From Scenedesmus sp. PABB004 (lineage: Eukaryota), in assembly GCA_014905635.1 (NCBI GenBank), contig CM026547.1, positions 2,976,001 through 3,040,000 of the forward strand: DNA of 64,000 nucleotides. The letters run 5' to 3'. The notes beneath the pieces are model-generated. The model made no database searches. It was not told where the DNA came from and was given only the letters and a program-made list of their open reading frames with translations. Shown here one piece after another: positions 47,101 through 58,232 of this stretch (position 1 is the stretch's first letter; each line of letters opens with the position of its first letter). Position numbers and translations under genes: made by a program.

Positions 47101-48240
47101 CCGCTGGCGCCCGCCCGCAGCGCGCCGCGCGCCGCCGCGGCGGGCGCACCTGGTCGCGCATGTCGTCCAGCACGCGCACCGCCTTCTCCCACTGCCCCGT
47201 CTTGCCGTACACGTCGACGAGCGTGTTGTAGGTCACCACGTTGGGCCGGATGCGGTCCTCGTGCATCTGCTTGAACACGTCCAGCGCCAGGTCGCACGCG
47301 TCGCACTGCGCGCACACGGCGGGGCCGGCCGGCGTGGGCGCGGCCCGCGCGGGCGCGCGCTGCTGCGCGCCCGCGGCGCCCGGCGGCGCGCCTTGATGCA
47401 GACGTTCATGAGCGCGCTGTAGGTGTGCACGTTGCACTGCAGCCCGCGCGCGCGCATGTCGCCGACGAGCTCCAGGCCCCGGCGGAGCTGCTGGGCCTGG
47501 CCCATGAGCGAGATCGCGGTCGTGAAGGTGTAGACGTCGCAGAGCGCGTACAGCTCGTTCTCGGGCGGCAGGGACTTGAGCCAGTCAAAGAGCTCCATCG
47601 CGCGCCCCAGGTGCTGGCACTTTGCGAGCTCCTTCATGAGCGCCGCGAGCGCGCGGCTGTCGAGGTACGCGAGCGCGGGCGCGACCGCCGCGACCGCGCT
47701 GGACCCGGGCGGCAGGGAGCAGCAGACCTTGAGCAGCTCCTCCACGCTCATCTCGCACGGCCTGGACGCGCGGCGGCGTGCGGCGCGGCGCGCAGCGCGG
47801 TGGTCGGCGGCGGTGCGCGGGGGCGCCGTGGCGGCGCGGCGGGCCGCCCACGGCGCCTGCGCGGTCCCGGCGCTGCTCCCTGCGCCCCGGCCCGGGCGCG
47901 CGGGCCGCCGGGCGCGCGGTCGCGGCCCTCACATCAGGCCGCCGTCGGTGTCGCGCCCCACGGCCTTGACGTGGTCCCACAGCCGCTTGTAGCCCTTGGC
48001 CCGGCGCCCCTGGCCGCGCCCAGCGCCGCAGCGGGGGCCGCCGGCGCCTCCAGAGAGCGGGCGGCCCGCTGCGCGGGAAGCCTGGCGCGGGGCCGCATCG
48101 GCGCAGCCGCCGTCTGGTCCCACCGCCGCTCCGGCGTGGACGTGCACCGTCTCCGAGCTCCAGGCGCCGCGCGAGGGCGCGTGTGGCCAGCCCCGCGCGC
48201 CCCCGCACTGGTCGGCGCCCGCGGGGTCGCGCGCGTCCAT
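44108..48240 (-). CDS. PPR-SMR-cyclin protein
   Basis: About 8-9 35-aa PPR motifs (DVYTFTTAI, NVHTYSALM, PNVVTYNTLV, PNTVTYNSLI, PDVVTYSALI); SMR-like VPGLSPGVAVLA..LSLGRSRH; cyclin-box-like region ERGACV..AEEVVFDAVLLMDRVM; low-complexity tail ending HHHHHHLMR. Confidence 0.85.
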
Positions 48241-49139
48241 GCCGCCGTCTCAGGCCCGGCCGGGCATTGCTGAAACGGTGTGCCGGCGCGGCCGGGCGGG
48301 CGGGAGGGGCGAGAGGCGCGCGCGTGCGATCGGGCGGAGGTGGTTGCAGTCGGCGGTCAGCGCGGGGCGTCGGCAGGCGCGGCGGGCGGGCGGGCGGAGG
48401 TGCGGGGGCTCGCTGCGCCGCAGAACTGAGCGCAGCGGCCGGGTCACCGGCTGGGAGGTGCCGGCTACTGCGCCACGCAGGCCCCGGGGTTTGGGTCGCG
48501 CGGAGCTGCCCTCGCGTGGCAGCTCCGCCGTTGGGCCCGCCACATCCCTCCCGGCCGGTCCCGTGCGCCGGCTGCGCACAGGCCGGTCGACGGCGGCGCG
48601 GGCGCGCGGCGAGCGGTGACGCCTGCGCACGCGCTCGGCGAGGGCCGCGCAGAGGCCCGGCCCGACCGCCACGCGGTCACCTTTGCCTGCTGCACCCACA
48701 GGCCGCGGCGGCAGCCGACCAAGCGGGCGCACGCGGCGGCGGCCCCCCGCGCACGCGGCGGCGGGGCAGCTGCCTGCCCAACGGCGCCCGCGCGCGCGCG
48801 CGGGCGGCGGCGGCGACGGCGGCGGCGGCGACGGCGGCGGCGGCGACGGCGGCGGGCACCGACAGCGCGGCCGCCGGGCGCGAGCCGCTGCGCCGCTGCC
48901 ACTGCGGCCGTCGCTGCCGCCGCGGCCACGGCTCCGGCGCCGGTCGCCGCGACGCTCTGCGCCGCCACGCCGCGCCGCCACACGCACTCGCACATTGCGC
49001 CGCGCGTGCAACGTAGGATCAGAAAGGTTAGGCGCTCATCCACCACGTCCGCCCCCGCGCGCACCTGCGTCCGCACCAAACGGCTCGCTGCTGCCGCCCA
49101 CTCGCATTTGTGGCGACAGGCGCCCCGCGCGCTCGCAAA

Positions 49140-50314
49140 ATGCGTCCAGCGCGGCTCCGGGCGTCACGAGCAGCACCGGCGGGCAGCGGCGGCTGCGGCG
49201 GCGGCGGCAGCAGCGTCCGGCCGCCGCTGCCGCTGCCGGAGGCGCCGTGCGTGCAGCCACGGCGGCAGCAGCAGCCACGGCAGCAGCCACACCAGCAGCA
49301 GCAGCCGCAGGCGGTAGCGCCCGTCGCCGACGCCTGCGCCGGCAGCAGGCGCGGCCTGCTGCTGGGCGCCGGCGCGGCGGCGCTCGCGGCGGCGGCGGGC
49401 GCGCGGCCGGCGGCGGCGAGCATCACCGTTACGCTGCGGCCCAAGGCGCAGCTCAAGGAGTTCACGCTCAAGGCCGGGTACCGCGTGACCGTGCCGGACG
49501 ATTGGGCGCTCGCGTACGACCGCTCGGACACCCCCGAGCTGGGCACCAAGGCGAGGGCCGGCGCTGGCCGCGGGGCGCGCGCGCGCCAGCGCGGGCGCGG
49601 CCTGCCCACGCCGCCGCCGCTGCCGCGCCGCCGCCCGGGCAGTCGTTCTGGGGCAACTTCAGGACGTTTGAGACGCTCGCCATCTCCAGGCTGGACCTGC
49701 CGCCGGGCGAGCAGCCGTCGCCCGAGGCGCTGCTGGCGGCGAGCCTCGCGGAGCAGCGCAACAACGTGCGCGCGCGGCGCGGCGGGGCGCGCGGCCCGCG
49801 GGCGTCCGCCTGCAGTCGCACGCGCCGGCTGACCGCGCCGCGCCGCGCCGCCACGCCGCCGCGCCGCCCCGCGGGCCGCCCGCGCAGCAGAGCACGTTTG
49901 GCTTTGAGCTGCTGTCGGGGCCCAGCCCCACGCCGCGCGCGGAGGGCGGCGTGACCTTTTACGACAGCGAGTTTGTGCTCGCCGTGTGCCGGGGCCTCGC
50001 CGTGGAGGGCAGCGGCGGGCGGCGGCGCTGCGTGGGCCCGCGCGACATGGACCTGCAGGCACGACGGGGGCGGCGGCGAGCGGAGGGAGGGGCGCACGGC
50101 GCGCGGAGAGGGAGGGTCGCGCCGCCGCGGACGACGGCGCGCCGCGCCGACGCGCCCCGCCTCGCAGGTCGTGTCGCGGCACTTTTGCCAAACGCTCGTG
50201 TGCAGTGGGGGCAGCATCTACGTCGTGCGCGGCAGCGCGACCGAGGAGGCGTGGCCGGAGGTCGGCCCCGCCGCCGTGGCGGCCGTGCGCAGCTTCAGGC
50301 TGCCGCCGGCGTGA
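49140..50314 (+). CDS. PsbP-domain thylakoid lumen protein
   Basis: Bipartite transit peptide with the Tat motif SRRGLLLGAGAAALAAAA and an AAA cleavage site; GYRVTVPDDW; C-terminal GSIYVVRGSATEEAWPEVGP..VRSFRL; four exons. Confidence 0.8.
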
Positions 50315-50416
50315 GCGCGGGCGTGGGGCGGCGCCGCGCGGCGTGCCGGGCCGCCTGCGCGTCGGGGGCCCCAGGGTGACCGCAGCGGTGCCGCGGCCGG
50401 CGCTGGGGCGCCAGCC

Positions 50417-50505
50417 CGGCGCTCGACGCTGCTCTGAGGTGGAGTTGGCGGGCTGGGCGCGCGCGGCCGCGTAACACGCGCCGCAGCCGCGCCGCCCGGA
50501 CCGCC
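50417..50505. repeat. Diverged inverted copy of the H2B upstream region (52003-52089)
   Basis: Shared collinear blocks cggcgctcg, gctgctctgaggt.gag, cggccgcg.aacacgcgc and gccgcccg.accgcc against the reverse complement of 52003-52089. Confidence 0.75.
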
Positions 50506-50506
50506 T

Positions 50507-50679
50507 GCCGTCGGTGTCGCGCCCCACGGCCTTGACGTGGTCCCACAGCCGCTTGTAGCCCTTGGCCCGGCGCCCCTGACCGCGCCCTGCGCCGGGGGCC
50601 GCCGGCGCAGTCAGTGCTGGGCGTCGGCAGGCGCGGCGGGCGGGCGGAGGTGCGGGGGCTCGCTGCGCCGCAGAACTGA
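50507..50679 (-). pseudogene. Internally deleted duplicate of the PPR-cyclin 5'UTR and exon 1
   Basis: 50507-50578 is identical to 47941-48012 (72 bp), with similarity continuing to 50608/48047. 50610-50679 is near-identical to 48356-48429. The intervening ~300 bp with the ATG is missing. Confidence 0.9.
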
Positions 50680-50723
50680 CCGCGGCGGCGCGCCGTCGCG
50701 TGCGGGCTCGCCTCAACTCGCGG

Positions 50724-50728
50724 TTACA
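50724..50728 (-). terminator. TGTAA poly(A) signal of H2B
   Basis: TTACA on the + strand, about 150 nt after the H2B stop. Confidence 0.6.
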
Positions 50729-50876
50729 AGGGTGCCGCGCGCCTCGGTGCCTCGCGGCACCGCGTATGTGCAGTGGCGGGCGCGGCTAGAGTACAACCAA
50801 TCCGGCGCGAAGCAAAGGCTGCGGGCTGCAGGCTGCGGCGGGGCCCGCTGGAGCTGCACTAGGAGCCGCGGGGGCC

Positions 50877-51883
50877 CTAGCCGGAGGACGTGAACTTGGT
50901 CACCGCCTTGGTGCCCTCCGACACGGCGTGCTTCGCGAGCTCGCCGGGCAGGACGAGGCGCACGGCGGTCTGGATCTCGCGCGACGAGATGGTCGGCTTC
51001 TTGTTGTAGCGCGCGAGGCGGGACGCCTCGCCGGCGATCTTCTCGAAGATGTCGTTGATGAAGCTGTTCATGATGGACATCGCCTTGGAGCTGATGCCGG
51101 TGTCGGGGTGCACCTGCTTGAGCACCTTGTAGATGTAGATCTTGTACGTCTCAGCCTTGCTCGACTGCGCACGCGCGCGCCGGCGCGTGGGCGGCCGCGC
51201 GTGTGGGCGGCGCTGCTGCGGCGGCGGCGCGCGCGCGCGCGCGGGGCGCCTGCCGCTGCCCCGCGGCCCCCCGCCGCGCGCCGCGCGGCCGCACCTTCTT
51301 CTTGCCCTTGCCGCCCTTGCCCTCTGCGCGGGCGCGGCGCGGCGCGGAGCAGCAGCAGCGGGCGCGGCGGTCAGCGGGCGCGCGGCGCGCACGGGCAGCG
51401 GCGTGCCGCGCGGGCGCAGCGCGACCGTGCCGCAGCAGCTGCTGGCGCGGGGCGCCACGCCGGCCGCGGCGGCACGCTGCCAGCGCCAGCAGCCCCCGCG
51501 CGCGCTGCGCCGCCGTGCTGCTGCGCGCGCGCCGCCGCCGCACCCGTGACCTTCTTGGCCGGCGCCTTGGCGGGCGCCTGGTCGGGGCGGCGCGGCGGGA
51601 GCGTCGGTGGGCGGCGCGGGCGCGGGCGATCGAGCGCGCGCGGCGGGTGGCGAGCAGCGGGTCGCGTGCTGCTCCAGCGCCGCGGCGCTGCCAGGCGGCC
51701 TGGACGGCGCGCGTCGGGCGATCGAGACGGCATGCAGGCAGACCGACGCGCCCGCCGGGCACACGCGGCGCTCGCGAGGCCGTGGGGCGCGCAGCAGCAT
51801 CGCGCCCCCCCGTGCGCGGCGCCCGCTGCCCCCGCCCGGCGGCGCTGTGGCCTGGGCCGCACCTTCTCTGCCTTGGGCGCCAT
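50877..51883 (-). CDS. H2B: Histone H2B with three introns
   Basis: [90 protein letters not shown]. Confidence 0.97.
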
Positions 51884-52227
51884 CGCTGCGGCGGCGCGCT
51901 GCGTGCGGAGCTGGCCGGGGAGGCGGGGGCGCGTGCGAGGCGCTGGGGCGAGGCTGCAGCGGCACGGGCGGGCGGGTGATGAGGGGTGTAGCCACGGGCG
52001 CGGGCGGTGCGGGCGGCGGGGCGCAGCGCGTGTTGCGCGGCCGGCCGCGCTCGGCGAGCGAGGCTCAACCTCAGAGCAGCCGAGCGCCGAGCGCGCGCGC
52101 AGCCGCCGGCGCCGCCGCCGCGGCGGCCGCCCCCCCGGGGCCCGCCATGGCACAGGAGGCGGCCCGGGGTGACGCCCCTGGCGCCTGCGGGGCACACCGC
52201 GCGGCGCGCGCCGTCCGCGCGGCGCGC

Positions 52228-55200
52228 TCAGCCCGCAGCGCGGCTCTGCGCGGCGGCCTTCTTGGCCTTCTTGCTCGCCGCCTTGAGCTGCTGCAGCCCC
52301 GCGGCCGCGATCTTGACCGTGCCGACCATCGCGTTGACCATGTCCGCGTCGGGCACGGCGCGCATGAGCTCGCGCTCGCGCGCCGGCACGTCGGGCCCGC
52401 GCGCGAGCAGGTCGAGCGCCTGCCGCGTGGCCTTGCCCTTCTTGAGCGTGCCGGGCGTGAGCTTGACCTTGTACTTGTACGCGGCCAGCGCGGCGTACGG
52501 CCCGCACACGGGCACCGCGTGCATGAGCACGTCGTCGCCGCGCGGCAGGCCGGTGAGCGCGTCGAGCTCCTTGAGCGCCGCCGCCGCGGCGTCGCCCTCG
52601 TCGTAGGGCAGCTCCGCGACGTTCTCCTCCGCCAGCAGCGCGCTGATCTCGGCCGCCTCCGCCGCGGTCGCCGCCGCCGCGAGCGCCTCGGCCGCCGCGT
52701 CGGCGGCGTCGTCGTCGTCGGCCGCGCCGGCCTCGCCGGCGGCCTCGCCGGCGGGCGGCGCGGCCGCGCGCGGCGGCGGCGGCGGCCGCAGCGCCGCCGC
52801 GCTCGGCGCCCGCCGGCGCGGGCGCGCCGTCGGCCGCGGCGCCGCCGGCGTCGCTGCCCGCCGACGACGCGGCGCCGCTGCCGGGCGGGGGCGGCCCCGC
52901 CTCGCCGCCGGCCGCCAGGTCGGTGAACTGGCTGCCGATGGCCTTGCGGATGGCCTCCTGCTGGTCGCCGGGCGCGCCCGGCGCGGCGCCGGTGCGCGCG
53001 CTGCGCGCCTCCTCCTTGGCGACCTTGCGCTGCTGCCGGCGCTCCTGCCGCGTCTTCTTGGCGCCCGCGGAGCCGAGCAGCTGCGCGCGGCGGCGGCGGC
53101 GGGCGCGGCGCGTGCGTCGGGCGGCGCAGCGGCGAGCAGCACGCGCGCGCGCGCCAGCGGCCGCCCCCTCCCCGCCCCTCTCCCGCACGCGCGCCGCGCA
53201 CCTGCAGCGCCATCTCCCGGTCCTCCTCGTCCTGCTCCGCATACTTCTCCTTGGCCTTGGCCGCCTTGGCCGCCTTGCCGCGCTGGCTCTTGGCGCCCGC
53301 GGCCGCCGCCGCGGCCGCCGCCGCCGCCGGGCCCGCGGGCGGCTTGCCGCCGCCGCCGCCGCCCTTGGCCTGCTGCTGCTGCTGCTGCTGCTGCGGCTGC
53401 TGCTGCTGCTTCCCGCCCTGCTGCTGCTTGCCGCCCTGCTGCTGCGGTTGCTGCTGGTGCTGCTGCTGGTGCTGCTGGTGCTGCTCGCCCTGCTGCTGCG
53501 GGCCGCCGCCGCCCTTGGCCGCCTTTTTGAGCTTGGCGCGCTCCGCCGCCGAGATGTAGCGCTTGCTCTCCCCCGGCGCGCCGCCGGCCGCGCCCGCCGC
53601 GCCGTCCTCGCCCGCGCCCTCGCCCTCCCCCTCGCCGCCGCCGTCGGCCGCCGCGGGGTGCGCGAGGCCGTAGCGCTGGAACCGCGCGCCCGGCGCGGGC
53701 GGTTCGGCCGCCGAGCTCGCGGCGCTCGGGGCGCGGCCGAGCGCGCGCGCGCCGCGGCTGCCGCCGCCGGCGAGCTGGTCGGCGCTGAGGTCCAGGAACG
53801 CGTCCAGCGCCGACCCGGCGCCGCTGTCCGCGCCGCTCAGCGGCGCCGACGGCGCGGCTGCACGCGGGCGGCGCGCGGGCGGCGCGCGGGCGGCGGGCGC
53901 GCGGGCGGCGCGGGTCGGGCGCCGGGGGGCGCAGCAGCGGGTGCCCGCGCGGCACGGCGGCGGCGGCCCGCGGCGCGGGGCCCGCGGCGCGCACCCGAGC
54001 TGGCGCTCTCGAGCGCGTCCGACGCGCCGCCGCCGCTGCCGTCGTCGTCGGCGCCCGGCGGGGCGCCGCCGCCGCCGCTCGCGCCGGCGGCGCCGTCGCC
54101 GGCGTTGAGGTCGTCGAGGCCGCCTCGCACCGCGCGCTCGCCCGCGTGGTGGCCGATGCAGCTGTCCTCGAGCTTGAACATGAAGCCAAAGCCCATGACC
54201 AGCCCCTGCGCCGGCCGGGCGGGCGGGAGCTCGCGCAGAGGCGGCGGGCACAGGGGCCGCGGCGGCAAGGCGGGGGGGCGCAGCCCGGCGGCGCAGCACG
54301 CGCGCGCGTGCGCGCGTGAGCGCCGGAGCCCGGCGGCGCAGCGCGTGCGCGCGTAAGCGCGTAAGCGCGTAAGCGCCGCCGCCGCGCCTGCGGCGGCAGG
54401 AAGTTCTTTTTGCCGCGGACCATGAAGCTGCCCGTGGGCAGGTACTCGCCCGTGGGCGCGGTCTTGGACACCTGCGCGCGGCGGGACGGGCGGCCGCGGG
54501 GCGCGGGGCGCGTGTGCGGCCGCGCGCGGGGCGCGCGGCGCGCCGCCCGGCACTCGCGCGGCAGGCCTCCTCCCCGGCGCGCGCGGCGCGGCGCGGCGCG
54601 GCGCGGCGCGGCGCGGCGCGGCGCACCTGGTGGTGGTAGACCCACCACGCGCTGGTGACGACCTTGGAGTCCCACGCGCGCGAGCGGCACACGCACGCGC
54701 AGCCCGCCTGCTGCAGCGTGAGCGGCGGCACGGGCCGGCCGGGGTGGTGGTTGCGCACGATGGTCGACGACGCGCCGTGGAGCTCCGCGTGGACGTAGAT
54801 GTCGTCTGGCCGCGCGGACGCGCGGCACGCGGACGGGCGGGCGGCGCGGGCGTGTCGGGGCTGGCCGGGCAGCGGCCGGCGCGCAGCGCGCCGCCTCGCC
54901 GCCGCCACGAGCCGCGGCCGCCGCCGCCGCCGCCGCTGCCGCCGCCGCCGCAGCGCCGCGCCGCAGCGCCGCCTGGTCCCTCACCCTTCCTGAAGTAGCG
55001 CTTGACGATGAGCTCGTTCTGCTGCGCGTCGCGGCCGCTGATGACCAGGTAGTTCTCGCTGCTGATGAACCAGTGGAAGCGCTCAAACCAGGCCGCCTTG
55101 CGCACGACCTGCACGGGTGGGGGTGTGGGTGGGTCGGCGGGCGGGTTGGCGGCTGGTCGGGTTGGTGGGCGCGGTGGAGTGAGAGCGCGGCGTGGGGGCG

Positions 55201-57724
55201 CGCGCGCGCGCAGCGAGCGAGCGCGGCGGCGGCGCCGGCGCGCGCGCCGCGCGCGCGCGCGCCTGCGCGGTGGTGGCCCTGTTGCGCAGGTTTGCGAGCT
55301 GCGCGGCCGCCTTTTTCTCGGCCGCCTTGAGCGCCTCGGCGTGCGCCGACAGCGTCTTCTCGGCCTTGGCGACCTGCTTCTTGCGCGCCGCGTGGTGCGC
55401 GGCCGCGTTGCTGTACGCCGACAGCCCCAGGTCGACCGACACGACGGTCGCGGGCCGCGTCAGCGCCGCCTCGTCCTCCTGCGAGCGGGGGCGCGGGTGG
55501 GCGCGCAGGCGGGGGCGGGCGCGTGGGCGCGCAGGCGCGCACGCAGGAGGGCGGCGCGGCGGCGCGGCGGCGCGGGCGCGGGCGCGGGGGCCTGGGCGGG
55601 CTCGGCGCCGGCGGCGCCGGGTCACCTCCTCCTCGTCCAGCAGGTTGCTGAGCAGCACGCTGATCTTGTTGGCCTCGAGCTGCAGGCTGTGGATCGCGCC
55701 CGCCACGGGGTTGCCGGCGCGCCGCTCCTCCCGAATGAGCGACTCCAGCTCGCGCCAGTCCATGCCCGTCGCGAGCGCTGGCGCGGCGGCGGCGGCAAGC
55801 GCGGCGGGGCAGGGTGACGCGCGCAAGCGGGCAGGGGTGACGCGCGACGCCCAGCCGCCGGCCGACCACCGCGCCGCGAGGCCATGGGCCCCCGAGGCCC
55901 CGCGTGCGTGCGAGGCGGGGCGGTGCGTGCCGGGTGTGCCGGGCGCACCCGCGTTGACGGCGTCGATCGCGCCGTCCACGACGTCCAGGTTGTATTCGAT
56001 CAATGTCGCGCGCGCCTCGCTCGCCGCGGCCTCGCGCTCGAGCGCGGTCGCGCGCGCGCCCTGGTCGGAGCGGATCTTGTCCAGCCGCGACAGCGCCGCG
56101 CGCTCCGCCTCGAGCTTGGCCACCTGCACGCGCTGGCCCTGGACCTGCGGCGCGCGCGGCAGGGAAGGGGAGGGGAGGGGAGGGGCGCGTCGGCCCCGGC
56201 GCGCGCCGCGCCCAGCGCGCGCCGCGCCGCGCGCCACGCCGCGCCGCCGCGCGCGGGGAGGGGAGGGGAGGGGGTGAGTCCCCGGCTCACCTTGCCGTAG
56301 TACTCGTCCAGCGCCTCGTCAAAGGTCCCAAACTCGAGCAGCTGCTTGGCGGCGCCCAGCTGCGCGAGGCGCAGGGGGTTGTAGTCGGTGTAGACCAGGC
56401 CCTCACCGCGCGCCGCGCCCGCGGCGCCGGGGGGCCGGCGCCGGCGCCCTTAGCCTGCATCGCGAGCGGCGGCGCCGCCGCCGCGGGCGCGGGCACGGCC
56501 GAGACGAAGCCCGCCGCGACGGCGCCCTGGTCGAGGCCGGCGAGCCACGCCTCAAACGCCTGCACCGCGCCGTGCAGCGCGAGCACCTGCTCTCGCGCCA
56601 GCGGCGCGCCCGCGAGCGGCGCCGCCGGTGCGAGCCCCGCCGCGAGGCAGCAGTGCTCCGCGATGGCGGGGCCGTACGGCACCAGCTCCGCGACCACGCC
56701 CTTGAGCACCGGCCCGCCGCCGCCGCCCTTGCCCTTGCCCTTCTTGCCCTTGCCGCCGCCCGGCGCCGCGGCGGCGGCCGCGGCGGCCGCGGCGGCCGCT
56801 GCCGCCGCGCCGCCGGCGTCGTCGGCGTCGTCGGCGCCATCGTCCGAGCCCGGCTCCTCGTCGTCGTCCGCCCCCGCCGCCGCATCGAGCCGGTCGCCGC
56901 TCGGCGCCGCGGCCGGCGCCGCGCCGCCGGGCGCGCCGCCGCCGCCGCCGCCCGCGCCCGCGGCGGCGTCCAGCGCCGCCTGCAGCGCGTCGAGCGCGAG
57001 CGGCGTGCGCAGGCGGATGGCGTGCATGGGGTAGGGGTGCTTGGCCATGATGCTCAGGCCCTTGGCGTCGTCGCGGTGGCTGCGCAGCAGCGTGAGCACC
57101 TGGTACGACGCGTCCGCGAGGATGACGTTGCCCTGCGGCAGAGAAATGGCAGGCGCAGACGCGGCGGCGGCAGCGCGGCGGGCGCGTGGCGCGGCGGGCG
57201 CGTGGCGCGGCGGGTGCGTGGCGCGGCGGGCGCGGCGCGGGGACAGGGAGGGGCCGCCTGGGGGAGGGCGCGCCGCGCCGCGGCGGTGACGCGACGCGCG
57301 CCGACGCACGCGCCCGCGCGCCGCACCTGCGCGTACATCTCCAGTATGAGGTGGTGCGCGTTGTCGCCGCAGCCAAAGACCAGGTCCACCACGCGGTCGA
57401 CGCCCAGCTGGCGCACGTCCTCGAGCCGCCGCGTGCGCAGGTGCTTGCGCAGCTTGAGCGTGAAGTTGCTCGGCGCGTCGGGCTTGTCGTACATCACCTG
57501 CGCGCCGCGCACACAGGGCCGGGGGCGCGGGTCGGCCGCCGCCGCCGTGGGCCGCGCGGGCCGCCGTGCGGGCCGCCGTGCGGTGTCGCGCGCGCGCCTG
57601 CACGGTGTGGAGGCGCGTGCCGCTCTCGAGCAGCAGGAAGACCTTCTCGCCGTCGCTGCCGCTCTTGGCCAGCTTCAGCACGTACGTCTGCGCGGCGGGC
57701 GGCGTCAGCCGGGCACAACACAGG

Positions 57725-57769
<45 letters not shown>

Positions 57770-57915
57770 CGCCCCTGCGGGCCGGCTGCCGCCGCTGCCC
57801 GCCGCGCCTTCGGGTTGAGGTCGTAGATGTTGGCCAGGCGCAGCCCGACGAGCGTTTGCTTGAGGCACGACACCTCCCCCGCCACGTCGCAGCTGGCCAT
57901 GCGCTGCTTCACCAT
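52228..57915 (-). CDS. NEMF: Ribosome quality control factor NEMF/Rqc2
   Basis: [130 protein letters not shown]; apparent frameshift near 56430. Confidence 0.95.
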
Positions 57916-58232
57916 GGCTGCACCCCGCGCCGCCGGCGCTCGCTGCGCGTGATGCTGCTGCCGGCGACGCTACAGACGGACAGGCCGCCCGCGTGGCGAC
58001 GCGCGATCGCCGCCCGGGGCTGCCGCGCGTGGGGTGCAGCAGCAGCAGCGGCGCTGCTCGTGCGCGTGCGGCGGCGGCTGCGCGCGGCGGAGCGCTGGCC
58101 GTCCTGTCGCGGCGAGCGCGATCGATGGTGAGCCTGCCAGCGGCGGCGCATGTCGTTCCGCGCCGCCGCCGGCGGCCGCGGCGGCTCTGCGAACGTTGAG
58201 CCCTGCGGCGCGCGTCGCGCCGCGCTTTTCCG

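Noticed and set aside
9607..57915. Functional gene cluster (chromatin or proteostasis genes)
   Set aside because: The functions are heterogeneous housekeeping roles, and no shared regulatory motif was seen.
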